A stretch of 64,000 bases of DNA, taken from NCBI RefSeq assembly GCF_001194135.2, contig NC_068983.1:136527047-136591046 (forward strand), given 5' to 3'. This document shows, one piece after another, positions 13,258-25,048 of this stretch; position 1 is the stretch's first letter; each line of letters opens with the position of its first letter. The notes below the pieces were generated by a model. That model did no database searches, was not told where the DNA came from, and saw only the letters and a program-made list of their open reading frames with translations. This stretch comes from Octopus bimaculoides. Its lineage: Eukaryota. Made by a program: the position numbers and the translations under genes.

Positions 13258-13800
13258 TCCTGGTCCACCAGTCCTCAGTCAAATCGTCCAACCCATGCTA
13301 GCATGGAAAGCAGACGTTAAACGACGATGATGATGATGATGATGATGATGCCAGTGGAGCACTAACAGCACCGTCCAAGCATGATCATTGCCAGAGCAGC
13401 TGTCTGGCTTCTGTGCAAGTGGCACGTAAATAGCACCATTTGAGTGTGATCGTTACCAGCGTCGCCTTACTGGTACTTGTGCCGGTGGCACGGTAGAAAA
13501 CATTCAAGTGAGGACATTGCCAGTGCTGCTGGACTGGCTCCTGTGCAGGTGGCATGTAAAAAACACCATTTTGAGCATTGCCGTTGCCAGTACCGCCTGA
13601 CTGACGCTTATGTCGGTGGCACATAAAAGCACGCACTACACTCTTGGAGTGGTTGGTGTTAGGAAGGGCATCCAGCTGTAGAAACTCTGGCAGATCAGAT
13701 TGGAGCCTGGTGCAGCCATCTGGTTCACCAGTCCTCAGTCAAATCGTCCAACCCATGCTAGCATGGAAAGCAGACATTAAACGATGATGATGATGATGAT
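13258..13800 (+). mobile_element. Two head-to-tail RTE 3' ends (13258-13350 and 13351-13800)
   Basis: Both end AAAC(GAT)n. The terminal ~70 bp are near-identical. Confidence 0.88.
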
Positions 13801-16619
13801 ATATATATATATATATACACACACACATATCTATATGTATACACACACACACACATACTTGTATGTTTGTTTACATCTGTGATCACTTATTCAAAAGCCA
13901 TTCAGGTGGTGGTGTTTGGCATTTGTCCTGTCAATAATTTGTTCACTCACTTTGTGCTTTCAAAGCTGTATAGAATAAGAGCTCCTTTAGCATCAAGGGT
14001 TAGCATCAAGAAGAGTACCTGATTATAAAACAATGTTTCACTACCATATTTGTCTAATCATGCTAGCATGGAAAAATGAATGTAAAAGCAAAATAAACTA
14101 TTTTTAAAATATACACCATGTTTGTATATAGGAGATTAAATTTTCCCATGGATTCTTTCCTAATTTATGGTGGTAGGGAATGAACTGAGGAGCAATTGAT
14201 TACTATACCAGCAGGTTGTGTGCATATGCGAAAGCCTTCTCTTCTTAGCTCAAAATAAACTTTGGTGTTGTCATGTAGTTCCAGATCAGTCATAGCTGGA
14301 AAACTAAAGAAAGGCATTTCATTCATGGCAATCCTATCATTTGTATATTAGAAACTATATTGTTTGATTTAGCTTTTGTTTAAGGTTGTAGTTTATGACT
14401 GTTTTAACTGCTTTTTCACCAGGTTATGTAACTACTGAATCATTCTTATCACCCTGTCATATCTGCCATTGACAACCTCTCCACTCTACTCTCCCACTCT
14501 GCACATCAGTACCATATCTTCTGATCTCTCTCACAAGTTTATTATATGGCTGCTCTCCTCCCTTCCTATACTGCCACTTACTTCCTCTTTCCTGAGCCAT
14601 TCATATTTCTTTCACTTTCTCCCTGTACTGATATTTACCATCCACTGTACCCCCACCTTTATTCCTTTCACTGCATTCACCTTTACACCCATTTGTTATT
14701 TTCCTCTCACACTCTAATGAACTTATCCATTCACCCTTCCTCATTCTTTGTGCATATCCTCTTTTATATTCACCTTCTTGTATCTTGGAAGTAGGCTCTG
14801 ACACCTAATCTCCATTATCATTGTCTTTTTTCCAGTTACTCCCATCCACCCTTACGTAATATTGGGTATCCATATTTCTTCTTTATAGCAAAACACCTGT
14901 ACCTGTCCTGCTATCATACTTTAGCTTCTCAACACCTGTATACAGGGGATTAAAGAAGAGTCTTTATTGTAGCTGCAATATGTCAATCTTCTTCTTTATA
15001 TAAATATATAGATTTCAGACAAAACTGAAACATGTAAAAGAAAAGTGTAAAGCTGTATGAAACAAAGCAAAACTATTACATTTTAATTTACATTTTTATT
15101 TGGAATGAGTTTGTTGTTTACCCATTGTTTAATGTATTTTGATATGTTATAACAAATATTCTCTTTTTAATAACTACAATATATTTTGATTAATTAGAAA
15201 GACATTTGCAAATAGCTGTAATGGCTTGATTGAGAGAGAGTGTTGCATGAAGATTTGAAGGTCTCTGGGTCAATTCCAGTTTTCAACATGTTGATAAAAT
15301 CATTTTGTTCTTGAAAATATTACTGTTTAAAACCTCTGTAGCTTTACTTACTGAGAGATGATGATGAAAAGGGGAGCTTTTTTGTCACATAGATACATAC
15401 TGATGCACAATCATCTTTATAAAATGATGGGACTTTCATACTTGACATATAAATTCTTTATAACCAGATGAGACATTCATACTTGAAGTATATTTCTATG
15501 ATATTTCTATGCCACAATTGAAGTGACCTAGGATCAAAGGTTCTAAAGCTGTAACCATTATGCCCTTTTCTTCATTCATAGAACATGTGCCTCTCTTTTT
15601 TTAAAGGTAATAGGGTATTATTTGAGAAAGATATGATTGCTATTTCTAGTTGCTCAATCTATGATCTGGGTTATTTTCCCCCTTTTTTTTCTTCATTACA
15701 GTTTTCCTATTTTCTTCAAGAATTTCAGAGAAAATATGTCTTAATAACCTTTAGTAAACAACTATGAATATTGGTTATATATGTTCAGCTTCCTTCTATA
15801 AGATGGACTTGTCCCAAATGTGTGTTTAAGTTGCTGTACTAACTAGATCTTCCTCCTGCACCTGTACATTTGTAAACAAATCTTTTATAAACTGCAACTT
15901 ACAGATACTGCCCAAGGATTCTCTGCAAGTTATTATTCTTTGCCGACTTATATAATATTTTTAATGTTTTCAATATTTACTTAGTTGTACATTGTTTTCT
16001 TTCATGAGCTCTTAGAAATAAACAAAAATTGTGTAAGCTAGAAAGAAAAGAAGGGAACAAAAGATATTACAAGAATAAAAAAAACATTAAAAATCATTGC
16101 AACAAAATTTTATGTTACTAGTGGATATGTTGTGTGTACAAAAACTTGTGACATAGAGGGCTTGATACCTTGCTATTTATTTAAATTTGTTGTTATATAT
16201 TCAGATGTAACTTCAGTTAGCTTCCACATCAATTGAAAACTAGCTAGACATCTCTAACTTTCTTTTGTCTTCTTATGCCTTTTTTTTTTAGTGGCTTGTT
16301 GTCTTTGTGGAAAGGGAATTAAACATTCTTCATGTTGCTTGAGAATGCTTTTGCATTTTCTTCCGGATCTTTATCTAGATATTTATCTACCAATTACTCC
16401 ACCCATCCAGTCAGAACTGGATTCTCTTTTATTTTATTACCTATTTATCTGACTGTGTTTTAATGTTTTTATATACCCAATTTGTATGCATCTCATTCTC
16501 TCTTTCTTTCACTTTCTCTTTCTATCTATATCTTTCCCTCTCCCCCCCTCTCTCTCTTTAATACATATATATATAAAGAGATAGAGAGAAAGAGAGTTAG
16601 AGCATAGCCTTGGGGATCC

Positions 16620-16870
16620 TAGTGTCCTTCATTCAGATCATATGCCCCACTGAATATAACATTCCTGCCAAATGATAGATTCAACATTAGGCATATTTGC
16701 ATGCAGCAGGACCTCCTGGTTGGACTTGTGGTCTCGCCAAGAAATGTTTACTACAGATCATAGTTACCACAACTGAAAGCTCTTCAGCTTTTTTTGATAT
16801 GCTGCCAATACACTGTTTGTCATGGCCAGATCGTATTTAGAAGTTGTCCATTGGAGTTAGATTGCCTTTT
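16620..16870 (-). mobile_element. Old RTE-BovB-like LINE remnant, internally deleted
   Basis: Minus strand gives NSNGQLL / YDLAMTN (endonuclease end) next to HIKKLKSFQL..ISWRDHKSNQEVLLHANMPNVESII (post-RT region), with frameshifts. Confidence 0.55.
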
Positions 16871-17002
16871 CAAAACCACCTATGTTTGGCAATTCTTACC
16901 CACTCTTGCATTAAAATTATTGAAAGCAGCAGGTTTTTAGTTATGTTCACAATATACAGGTGTCTATGTAGTGTATAATAGTACTCCTCTTTATTCATCT
17001 CA

Positions 17003-17188
17003 TTGGCAAGAATGGACGAGGATAGCTGTGTGAAAAAGTGCCACGCCCTGGCAGTTGAGGGAACCTGTGGAAGAGGTAGGCCCAGGAAGACCTGGGATGA
17101 AGTGGTGAGGCAAGACCTTCAAACTTTAGGCCTCACTGAGGCAATGACTAGTGACCAGGACCTTTGGAAATATGCAGTACGTGAGAAA
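17003..17188 (+). mobile_element. RTE LINE ORF C-terminal fragment
   Basis: ARMDEDSCVKKCHALAVEGTCGRGRPRKTWDEVVRQDLQTLGLTEAMTSDQDLWKYAVREK, same family as 8621-8838. The UTR is missing. Confidence 0.9.
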
Positions 17189-17458
17189 AGGGAGACACCT
17201 TTATACCAGCTGTTGAGGGGCTAAAGTATGTGAGTGAACAAGGCCAAATGTAGGAGATACATGGCTACCCGACATTATATAGGAGTGGGTGACAGTCACT
17301 GAGAAAAAGAAAGATGGTAGTGGTAGGGTACAAGAGTGAACCTTCAAGGTACAAGGTGAACATAAGGAAGGACAAGGGGACTGGATCAAGAGGGTGGGGC
17401 AGGGGGCATAAGAGTGTGAGAAGAGAGTAACAAATGGTTTAGAGAAGGTAGTAGAGGT

Positions 17459-19162
17459 TGTAGTAACGCCTTGTCTCGTGCGCATGCGTAGTCATCAATA
17501 TCCAAGTTTGGCGCCCTGATTCTTTCTCTTTTCTCGCCGGCCGGCGACGATGGCAGACGTCCAACAGCAGAGCTCTCTAACATGTCAGCACCAGAGCTTC
17601 ACAAATAACTGCTGCCTATTTTCACCATAAATAAATATTGTTGTGTTGATAGTTCAGAGTCAGCGTTTCGTTGTTTATTTAGAATTTAATATAGGAAAGC
17701 AGGTGTACACCTAATGGTGTATAACAACTTTCCTATAATTGGTGACCCCGAGTAAGAACAATGCAGCCGAGGATTCTGACCTACCAACCGATAATACTAC
17801 ACTGCCGCTGCTGACATAAGTAAATACGGCATTTCGAACAGCTACCCAACTCAAGAACAAACGCAGCCCAGAGATTTCCTATAACTGGTGACACAACTAA
17901 AAGAACAACTGCAGCCACGGAATCTGAACTGCGACCAATCAATACTACAATTGGTACCCCGAGCTAAAAAGATCTACGGACCTCATTTCAACAGCCAGTT
18001 TACAGCGACTCCATCAACAGCATCTCCAGCTACGACTATACACCGCCGTCGCCATCAACAACCACGACGAACTACAANNNNNNNNNNNNNNNNNNNNNNN
18101 NNNNNNNNNNNNNNNNNNNNNNNNNNNNNNNNNNNNNNNNNNNNNNNNNNNNNNNNNNNNNNNNNNNNNNNNNNNNNNNNNNNNNNNNNNNNNNNNNNNN
18201 NNNNNNNNNNNNNNNNNNNNNNNNNNNNNNNNNNNNNNNNNNNNNNNNNNNNNNNNNNNNNNNNNNNNNNNNNNNNNNNNNNNNNNNNNNNNNNNNNNNN
18301 NNNNNNNNNNNNNNNNNNNNNNNNNNNNNNNNNNNNNNNNNNNNNNNNNNNNNNNNNNNNNNNNNNNNNNNNNNNNNNNNNNNNNNNNNNNNNNNNNNNN
18401 NNNNNNNNNNNNNNNNNNNNNNNNNNNNNNNNNNNNNNNNNNNNNNNNNNNNNNNNNNNNNNNNNNNNNNNNNNNNNNNNNNNNNNNNNNNNNNNNNNNN
18501 NNNNNNNNNNNNNNNNNNNNNNNNNNNNNNNNNNNNNNNNNNNNNNNNNNNNNNNNNNNNNNNNNNNNNNNNNNNNNNNNNNNNNNNNNNNNNNNNNNNN
18601 NNNNNNNNNNNNNNNNNNNNNNNNNNNNNNNNNNNNNNNNNNNNNNNNNNNNNNNNNNNNNNNNNNNNNNNNNNNNNNNNNNNNNNNNNNNNNNNNNNNN
18701 NNNNNNNNNNNNNNNNNNNNNNNNNNNNNNNNNNNNNNNNNNNNNNNNNNNNNNNNNNNNNNNNNNNNNNNNNNNNTTTGTGTGTGTTTGTGCCACATCT
18801 TGTGGGTGGTTTTCAGTAGCCATCCTGCCTCAGGCGTTCCTCCAATTTCTATTTTCGTGCGTTCCGCACTGGCAGGGGAGCCCTGTAGTAACGCCTTGTC
18901 TCGTGCGCATGTGTAGTCATCAATATCCAAGTTTGGCGCCCTGATTCTTTCTCTTTTCTCGCCGGCCGGCGAAGATGGCAGACGTCCAACAGCGGAGCTC
19001 TCTAACATGTCAGCACCAGAGCTTCACAAATAATTGCTGCCTATTTTCACCATAAATAAATATTGTTGTGTTGATAGTTCGGAGTCAGCGTTTCGTTGTT
19101 TATTTAGAATTTAATATAGGAAAGCAGGTGTACACCTAATGGTGTATAACAACTTTCCTATA
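17459..19162 (+). mobile_element. LTR retrotransposon (Ty3/Gypsy-like) with two 279 bp LTRs; internal region mostly gap
   Basis: LTRs at 17459-17737 and 18884-19162 with 5 mismatches. AGGT TSD at 17455-58 and 19163-66. PBS-like TGGTGACCCCGA at 17740. PPT GGCAGGGGAG just before the 3' LTR. Confidence 0.93.
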
Positions 19163-19578
19163 AGGTGAATGTAGTGAGTGTTTAAAAAGGGTGTAGGTGC
19201 AGTAGATGTGAAATACCATTTTGGAGAGGGAATAAGGTGAATAGATTAGAAAGAATGGGGATGATGTACAAGGTATAGGAGTTGTGAGGAAGGATATATT
19301 GATATGTCAGATTTTTGTATTTGGTTTGCAAGATTCTTGATATGAACTTGTGTGGCATAATGACCCTTGCAAGATATAACAAAATGTGTTTGATGATATT
19401 TATTTCAGTATGCACTTTAGTTGTATATAAATTAGACTGTACCTGTGATATCTCCTTGATATCTCCATGTTCTTTGGATATGTTTTATATCTATTTTGCC
19501 TTTTTGAAATTATTCCATTTTCTGTATGTTTTTGCTTTTCAAAAAATTTCTTGTATTCATTTCATTGGTTTCCAAAAA

Positions 19579-19597
19579 TTCCTTAACTCTTTGCTAC
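19579..19597 (+). promoter_or_regulatory. U12 (minor spliceosome) branch point TTCCTTAAC and probable AC 3' splice site
   Basis: TTCCTTAAC at 19579-19587. AC at 19596-97 ends 11 nt after the branch A; an alternative AG lies at 19598-99. Confidence 0.85.
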
Positions 19598-19703
19598 AGC
19601 TTTTGAAGCTCTTATTCTCATGACCATCTTTGCAAATTGTGTAGCATTGGCAATATATACACCATATCCTGAATCAGACACCAACGAAATCAATATGGCA
19701 CTG
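19598..19703 (+). CDS. Cav1: L-type voltage-gated Ca channel alpha-1, domain I S1 exon (106 nt)
   Basis: A|GCT TTT.. encodes [35 protein letters not shown], matching the Cav1 IS1 motif [12 protein letters not shown]. Donor GTAAGT at 19704. Missed by the ORF track. Confidence 0.96.
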
Positions 19704-20442
19704 GTAAGTTGAGTTTTTATTCATGATCCTTTCTATATTTATTTATTATAGAGTGCAAAATAAAATCCATTTCTCTCTCTCTCTCTCTCTCTCTTTTCAT
19801 CTTATCATAGTCTTCATTTTCCATGTTTTTTTTAATCTTTCTAGGTTGTTTTTTTTGTCTTTTGGTATATGTTTTATATTCCCACCCCCATCCCTGTTTC
19901 ATGTATTTTATTCCTGTGGGATTTTTGTTTCAATTGCAATTTCAGGAGATGTTAAGGAAAACTGCAAAGTGGTTAGGTTGCATAATGGTGGATGTTAAAA
20001 GGAAAGAAATAAGAAAAGTAACAATAGTTTCAGTAATAGTGCTAGAAGTATTCTTAATAATAATCAGACCAATTTTAAAACAATAAGGCAACTAAAAATC
20101 TATTTCCTTGGTGTTCAATTCATCTATCAACAACTTCAGTATTAACAGATCAACTTAAATATTTATTTGGCAAGAGAGATGATTCATATATAAACAGTGG
20201 TTTCAATTGCTTCTTTTGGAGGAGAAAGTGAATGAGAGAGTCAGTCTCTTACTCTCTCCTTCAAAATGTTTAGAATATTTGTGTGCATATGTGAATGACT
20301 ATAGGAGACTTAATGTGATTGGATGTGTATGTATTTAACCTAAAACAGGAAGAATCATTGAGGGGGAGAAAGAGGAAATGGCTGTATGTATGTATGAATG
20401 AAGGAGGAAAAAGAAATGACAGATATATATTCCCAAATTAAT

Positions 20443-20600
20443 TGGCTGTGTGGTATGAAGTTTGCTTCCCAACCTCATGATTCTGGGTTGAGGCCCACTG
20501 CTTGGCACCTTAGGCAAGTGTCTTTTATAGCCTCAGGCCAACCAAAGCTGTGTAAGCTGACTTAGTAGATAGAAACTGAAAGAAGCATGTTGTGCATATG
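20443..20600 (+). mobile_element. tRNA-derived CORE-like SINE, 5' half
   Basis: TGGCTGTGTGG A-box and CACCTTAGGCAAGTGTCTT core. Same family as 49777-50162. Confidence 0.75.
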
Positions 20601-20601
20601 T

Positions 20602-21592
20602 ATCATCATCATCATTATTTAATGTCCGATTTCCATGCTAGCATGGGTTGGATGATTTGACTGAGAACTGGCGAACCAGATGGATGCGCCAGGCTCCAAT
20701 CTGATCTGGCAGAGTTTCTACAGCTGGATGCCCTTCCTAACGCCAACAACTGCAAGAGTGTAGCGGGTGCTTTTATGTGCCACCGGCACGAGGGCCAGTC
20801 AGGCGGTACTGGCAACGGCCACGCTCAAATGGTGTTTTTTACATACCACCTGCACAGGAGCCAGTCCAGCGGCACTGGCAATGACCTCGCTTGAATGTCT
20901 TTGCACATGCCACCGGCACATGTGCTAGTAAGATGATGCTGGTAATGACCATGCTCAAATAGTACTATTTATGTGCCACCGGCAAGGAAGCCAGACAGCT
21001 GCTATGACAATGATCACGCTGGGACGATGCTGTTAGTGCCAGAAATATAGCATCAGTGGTGTTTTTCCCTGATTCGAACCCAAACTGCATCTCATCTAAA
21101 CTGATTCTCTCCCTAATTAGTTGGGCTATGACCCTTTCCATGTCAACTCGGATAGCTGGTCCCTCTGTTGGGTCGACATACGGCAGACTCTCTTTCTCCC
21201 ATTCATTCTCTTTATTAAGCAACCTTTCATAATGGCATCTCCAAACCTCTCTCTTTGCAGCCTCGTTTAGTGCAAGTGTACCATCATCCATGCGGACACA
21301 TTTCTCTCCTATGACATCACGATTCTCTCTCACACACTGTCTTGCAATACAAAATACCTCAAGTCTTTGGTCCTCACAGCGCAGAACATTGGCAAATTTT
21401 TTCTCATCTGCTTCCCCTCTGGCTAAATAAGCCTGTCTCCTAGCTTCCCTTCTGGCAGTCTGATACAATTCCCTGCTACCACCATTCTTCCAGTCTTTCC
21501 AAGCCTGTTTCTTTTGTCTAATAGCCCTGTCAACAACATTGTTCCACCGCAACATTATTTTGGATCGAGAGGGGACTTTGCACCATGAAGCA
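20602..21592 (-). mobile_element. RTE LINE with two large internal deletions
   Basis: ORF 21555-20965 joins the EN-RT linker (WNNVVDRAIRQKKQAWKDWKNGG..HYERLLN) to the RT start (LDEMQFGF..TTDAIFL) and then to the 3' UTR and tail. Confidence 0.9.
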
Positions 21593-21858
21593 TATATATA
21601 TTAATAAATATCAGGAGAACAGGGATTTACACATCCAAGTTTTATTACACATTTAATCACATTTTTCTTTGTCAGGACCTATGCATGTTTTTGCTGCAAG
21701 GCAGAGCACACTGCAAATTGTGCACTTTGGTGTTAATTATCAGTGCTGCTTCATCAGGGTCATATTTAATTGCATATCATATCTACAGCAATTAGAGCAA
21801 GCACAGTACCAGCTTAGGTTATATATCCCACTTAACCATTTTTGTAAATTTAATTTGG

Positions 21859-21897
<39 letters not shown>

Positions 21898-21900
21898 TAT

Positions 21901-22089
21901 ATCATCATCATCATCATCAACGTTTAACGTCCTGCTTTCCATGCTGGCATAGGTTGGACTGTTTGACTGAGGACTGGTGAGCCAGATGGTTGCACCAGGC
22001 TCCAATCTGATCTGGCAGAGTTTCTACAGCTGGATGCCCTTCCTAACGCCAGCCACACCGAGTGTGTAGTGGGTGCTTTTATGTGCCAC
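21901..22089 (-). mobile_element. RTE LINE 3' end
   Basis: (CAT)n-AACGTTTAACGTCC and the family consensus UTR. Confidence 0.88.
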
Positions 22090-22495
22090 GAGGGCCGTAA
22101 AGATGACAAAGAAGCAAAGATAATAGATGTTGCAATACCAGGTGATTTGAGGGTGAAATGTAAGGCAACAGAAAAGAGTGAGAAATACCAGCCACTGCAG
22201 GATGAGATAGGAAAATTATGGGGCATGAGGAAAGTATTGGTGACACTGGTGGTAATTGGAGCTTTAGGAACAGTTTCCAAGAGCTGAAAAACATATTAAG
22301 AATATTGGAGCTGCTGTCAAGATTGAAGTGACCCAGAGGACAGCATTGTTGGGTACAGCTCGCATTCTTAGGTGAATATTGTCTCTTTGAGTCACAGGGG
22401 AAGGCACTACTTGAAACCTCTGGTGATTTGTTATTGCCTGCTTTCAAGTAAAGAGCAGCTGTAAATAGAACAGCAAGAATCAAAACAACAACAAC
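22090..22495 (+). mobile_element. R4/Dong-clade RLE LINE 3' fragment (copy 1)
   Basis: KIIDVAIPGDLRVK..EKSEKYQPLQDEIGKLWG..VVIGALG..TQRTALLGTARILR is a restriction-like endonuclease C-terminus. Ends in (AAC)n(AAT)n. Confidence 0.85.
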
Positions 22496-22505
22496 AATAA
22501 TAATG

Positions 22506-22548
<43 letters not shown>

Positions 22549-22628
22549 CAATAACAATAATAATAATAACAGCAATGATAATAATAATAATCATCATAAC
22601 AATAATAATGATGATGATGATGATAATG

Positions 22629-22669
<41 letters not shown>
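22484..22669. repeat. (AAT)n compound microsatellite
   Basis: Direct reading. Confidence 0.97.
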
Positions 22670-22671
<2 letters not shown>

Positions 22672-24547
22672 CTTAAAAATTTTCACTAAAAGCACCATGG
22701 AACAGAAAAACCTTTTAAAAATTGTCCATAGTTTCAGTAAGGACATCAGGATGAACATGGGGCTGGGCAAATATGACAAAGTGACACTGAGAAGAGGCAA
22801 ATATATCAGCACTGAAAACCCTGCACTCGACACAGACACAGAAATCAGAGAATTAGACCATAATCGCCCATACAAATATCTAGGAATAGACGAAATAGCT
22901 GAAATACAACACACAAAAATGAAAGAGAAAATTAGGAGAGAATATTACAGAAGTGTTAGACTAATATTAAATGCTGAACTCAATGTTAAAAATAAGATAA
23001 GGTTAAACATACTAACCACACCTGTCTAAAATTACAGCTTCAACATAATAAACTGGAAGATCAGTGAATTGAGAAACTTAGAAGAACCAGAAAACTGTTA
23101 GCAGAATACTGAAGTCACCACCCCAAAGCAGACACACAGAGAATATATCTACCCTGCTCAGAAGAAGGGCACAGTCAGACACAGATAGAGTACTATTATA
23201 GAATAAACAGTTGGACTAGAAAAGTGTTTAGAAACAAAAAGTGGAAGACTACTACATGTAATAAGGCAACATGAGAAAAATAAAATGATTTTCTCTATAC
23301 ACAAGGAAGCAACAAAATACAAAACAAAAACAAACTACACTGATACACTGATCTCAGATGACAACATAACAGAAATGGTCAAAGAGACAAAAACACAAAA
23401 AGAGAACTACAAAACATACTAAAGAAGAAATGGAAATAAAAATCACTCCATGGCCAATACCCTGCAAGGTTTGACAGAGAAGAAGTGAACCTAAGTAAAA
23501 GCCAACAATGACTCAAAATCTTTGGACTAAAAGCTGAAATGGAAAGACTGATTCTTGCTGCACAAGACTAATGCCTAACCACAAACAACTATAAAAGCAA
23601 ACTAATGAAAACAAGCCCTAACACGAAATGTAGAATGTGCAACTAGCACAATGAGACAGTTGACCAAATCACCTCTGGTTGTCCAGTTCTTGCCAAATCT
23701 GAATATATATACAATCATGACCAAATAAGTAGTTATATCCACTGGAAAATATGCCAACACTACAACATAAAAACTAACAAGAAATAGTATAAGCATGTGT
23801 TAAACAAGGTACATGTTTGACAAAAACCAGGCCATAATCGTCTGGGATATGCCTGTTCAAACTGACAAAGAAATAAGCTAATTCCCAGACTTAATAATCA
23901 AGGATTGAAGAAAAAAAAAACAATTGCTTGCTGATAGACATTGCAGTCCCTTCTGACAAAAATATTGCCCAAAAAGAAGTAGAGAAATTGTCAAAGTACA
24001 AAGACCTTGAAATTGAAGTATTCAAGATATGGATCATGAAGGTGAAGACAATACCAGTAATAAGTAGAGCATTGGGTATGATAAAAAAACATATGAACAG
24101 AAACATAGAAGTTATACCTGGACCCTCAACACTACACACTATCCAGAAAAAAGCCCTGCTAAGCACAGCCCACATCCTGCACAAGGCACTATCAATTCAA
24201 GAATACCACCCAAACAAAGCAATCCACAAACACAAGACACTCTATATAGCAAATGTCCAATAAAATAAACAATCACCATAACATGTACTCTACATGTACT
24301 GACAGAAGAACACAACTTGCATTACACACACAACACACAGTACAAACACTAATACAACAAAAGACTGCAACCAGACCCCATAACAAAACAAACTGATGCA
24401 ATACAATACCAGGAAGAGTTTGCACTTCCCCAACAACCAGAAAGAACACACAATGTTGTACACATCCCAGCAACATGGAGGTGTAGCAGGTGATGGAATA
24501 GAAATTTGCCTGAAACTACCAGATGTTGAATAGTAATAATAATAATT
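22670..24547 (+). mobile_element. R4/Dong-clade RLE LINE, 5'-truncated and degraded (copy 2)
   Basis: RT end (FSKDIRMNMGLGK, YKYLGI), CCHC knuckle CRMCN*HNETVDQITSGC near 23625-23690, and RLE PDLII..LIDIAVPSD..EKLSKYKDLEIE..LLSTAHIL. Ends in an AATAAT tail. Stops and frameshifts present. Confidence 0.9.
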
Positions 24548-24551
24548 AAAA

Positions 24552-24984
24552 TAATCCTTTCTACTTTGTGTGGTGGCAGGCAGGTGACTAGTCAGTTACA
24601 TCAACCTCAGTGAAACACTAGTACTTAATTTATCAACCCCAAAAGGATGAAAGGCAAATTTGACCGTAGCGGAACTTGAACTCAGATGAGCAAAATACCA
24701 CTAAGCATTTCATCCAACGTGCTAACAATTCTGCCACCCCGCTGCCTTATATAATAATTATTATTATTATTATTTCAAATTTTTGCCACAAGGACAGCTT
24801 GAGGGAGGTGAGGATGAGTCGATTACACCAACCCCAGTGTTCAACTGGTACTTATTTTATCGACCCTGAAAGGATGAAAGGCAAAGGTAACCTTAGTAGA
24901 ATTTGAACTCAGAACTTAGCGACAGGCAAAATACTGATAAGCATTTTGCCCAGTATGTTAATAATTCTGCCTGCTCACCACCTT
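24552..24984 (-). mobile_element. Two tandem tRNA-derived SINEs (24552-24748 and 24775-24984)
   Basis: Reverse complements of the 25574 element (GGATGAAAGGCAAA, GAACTCAGAA B-box region). Confidence 0.75.
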
Positions 24985-25012
24985 AATAATAATAATAATA
25001 ATAATAATAATG

Positions 25013-25048
<36 letters not shown>

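Noticed and set aside
14754-14761. ATATCCTC as the U12 donor for the intron ending at 19597
   Set aside because: It mismatches ATATCCTT, and the upstream sequence is pyrimidine-rich repeat with no ..IVEWK coding exon.
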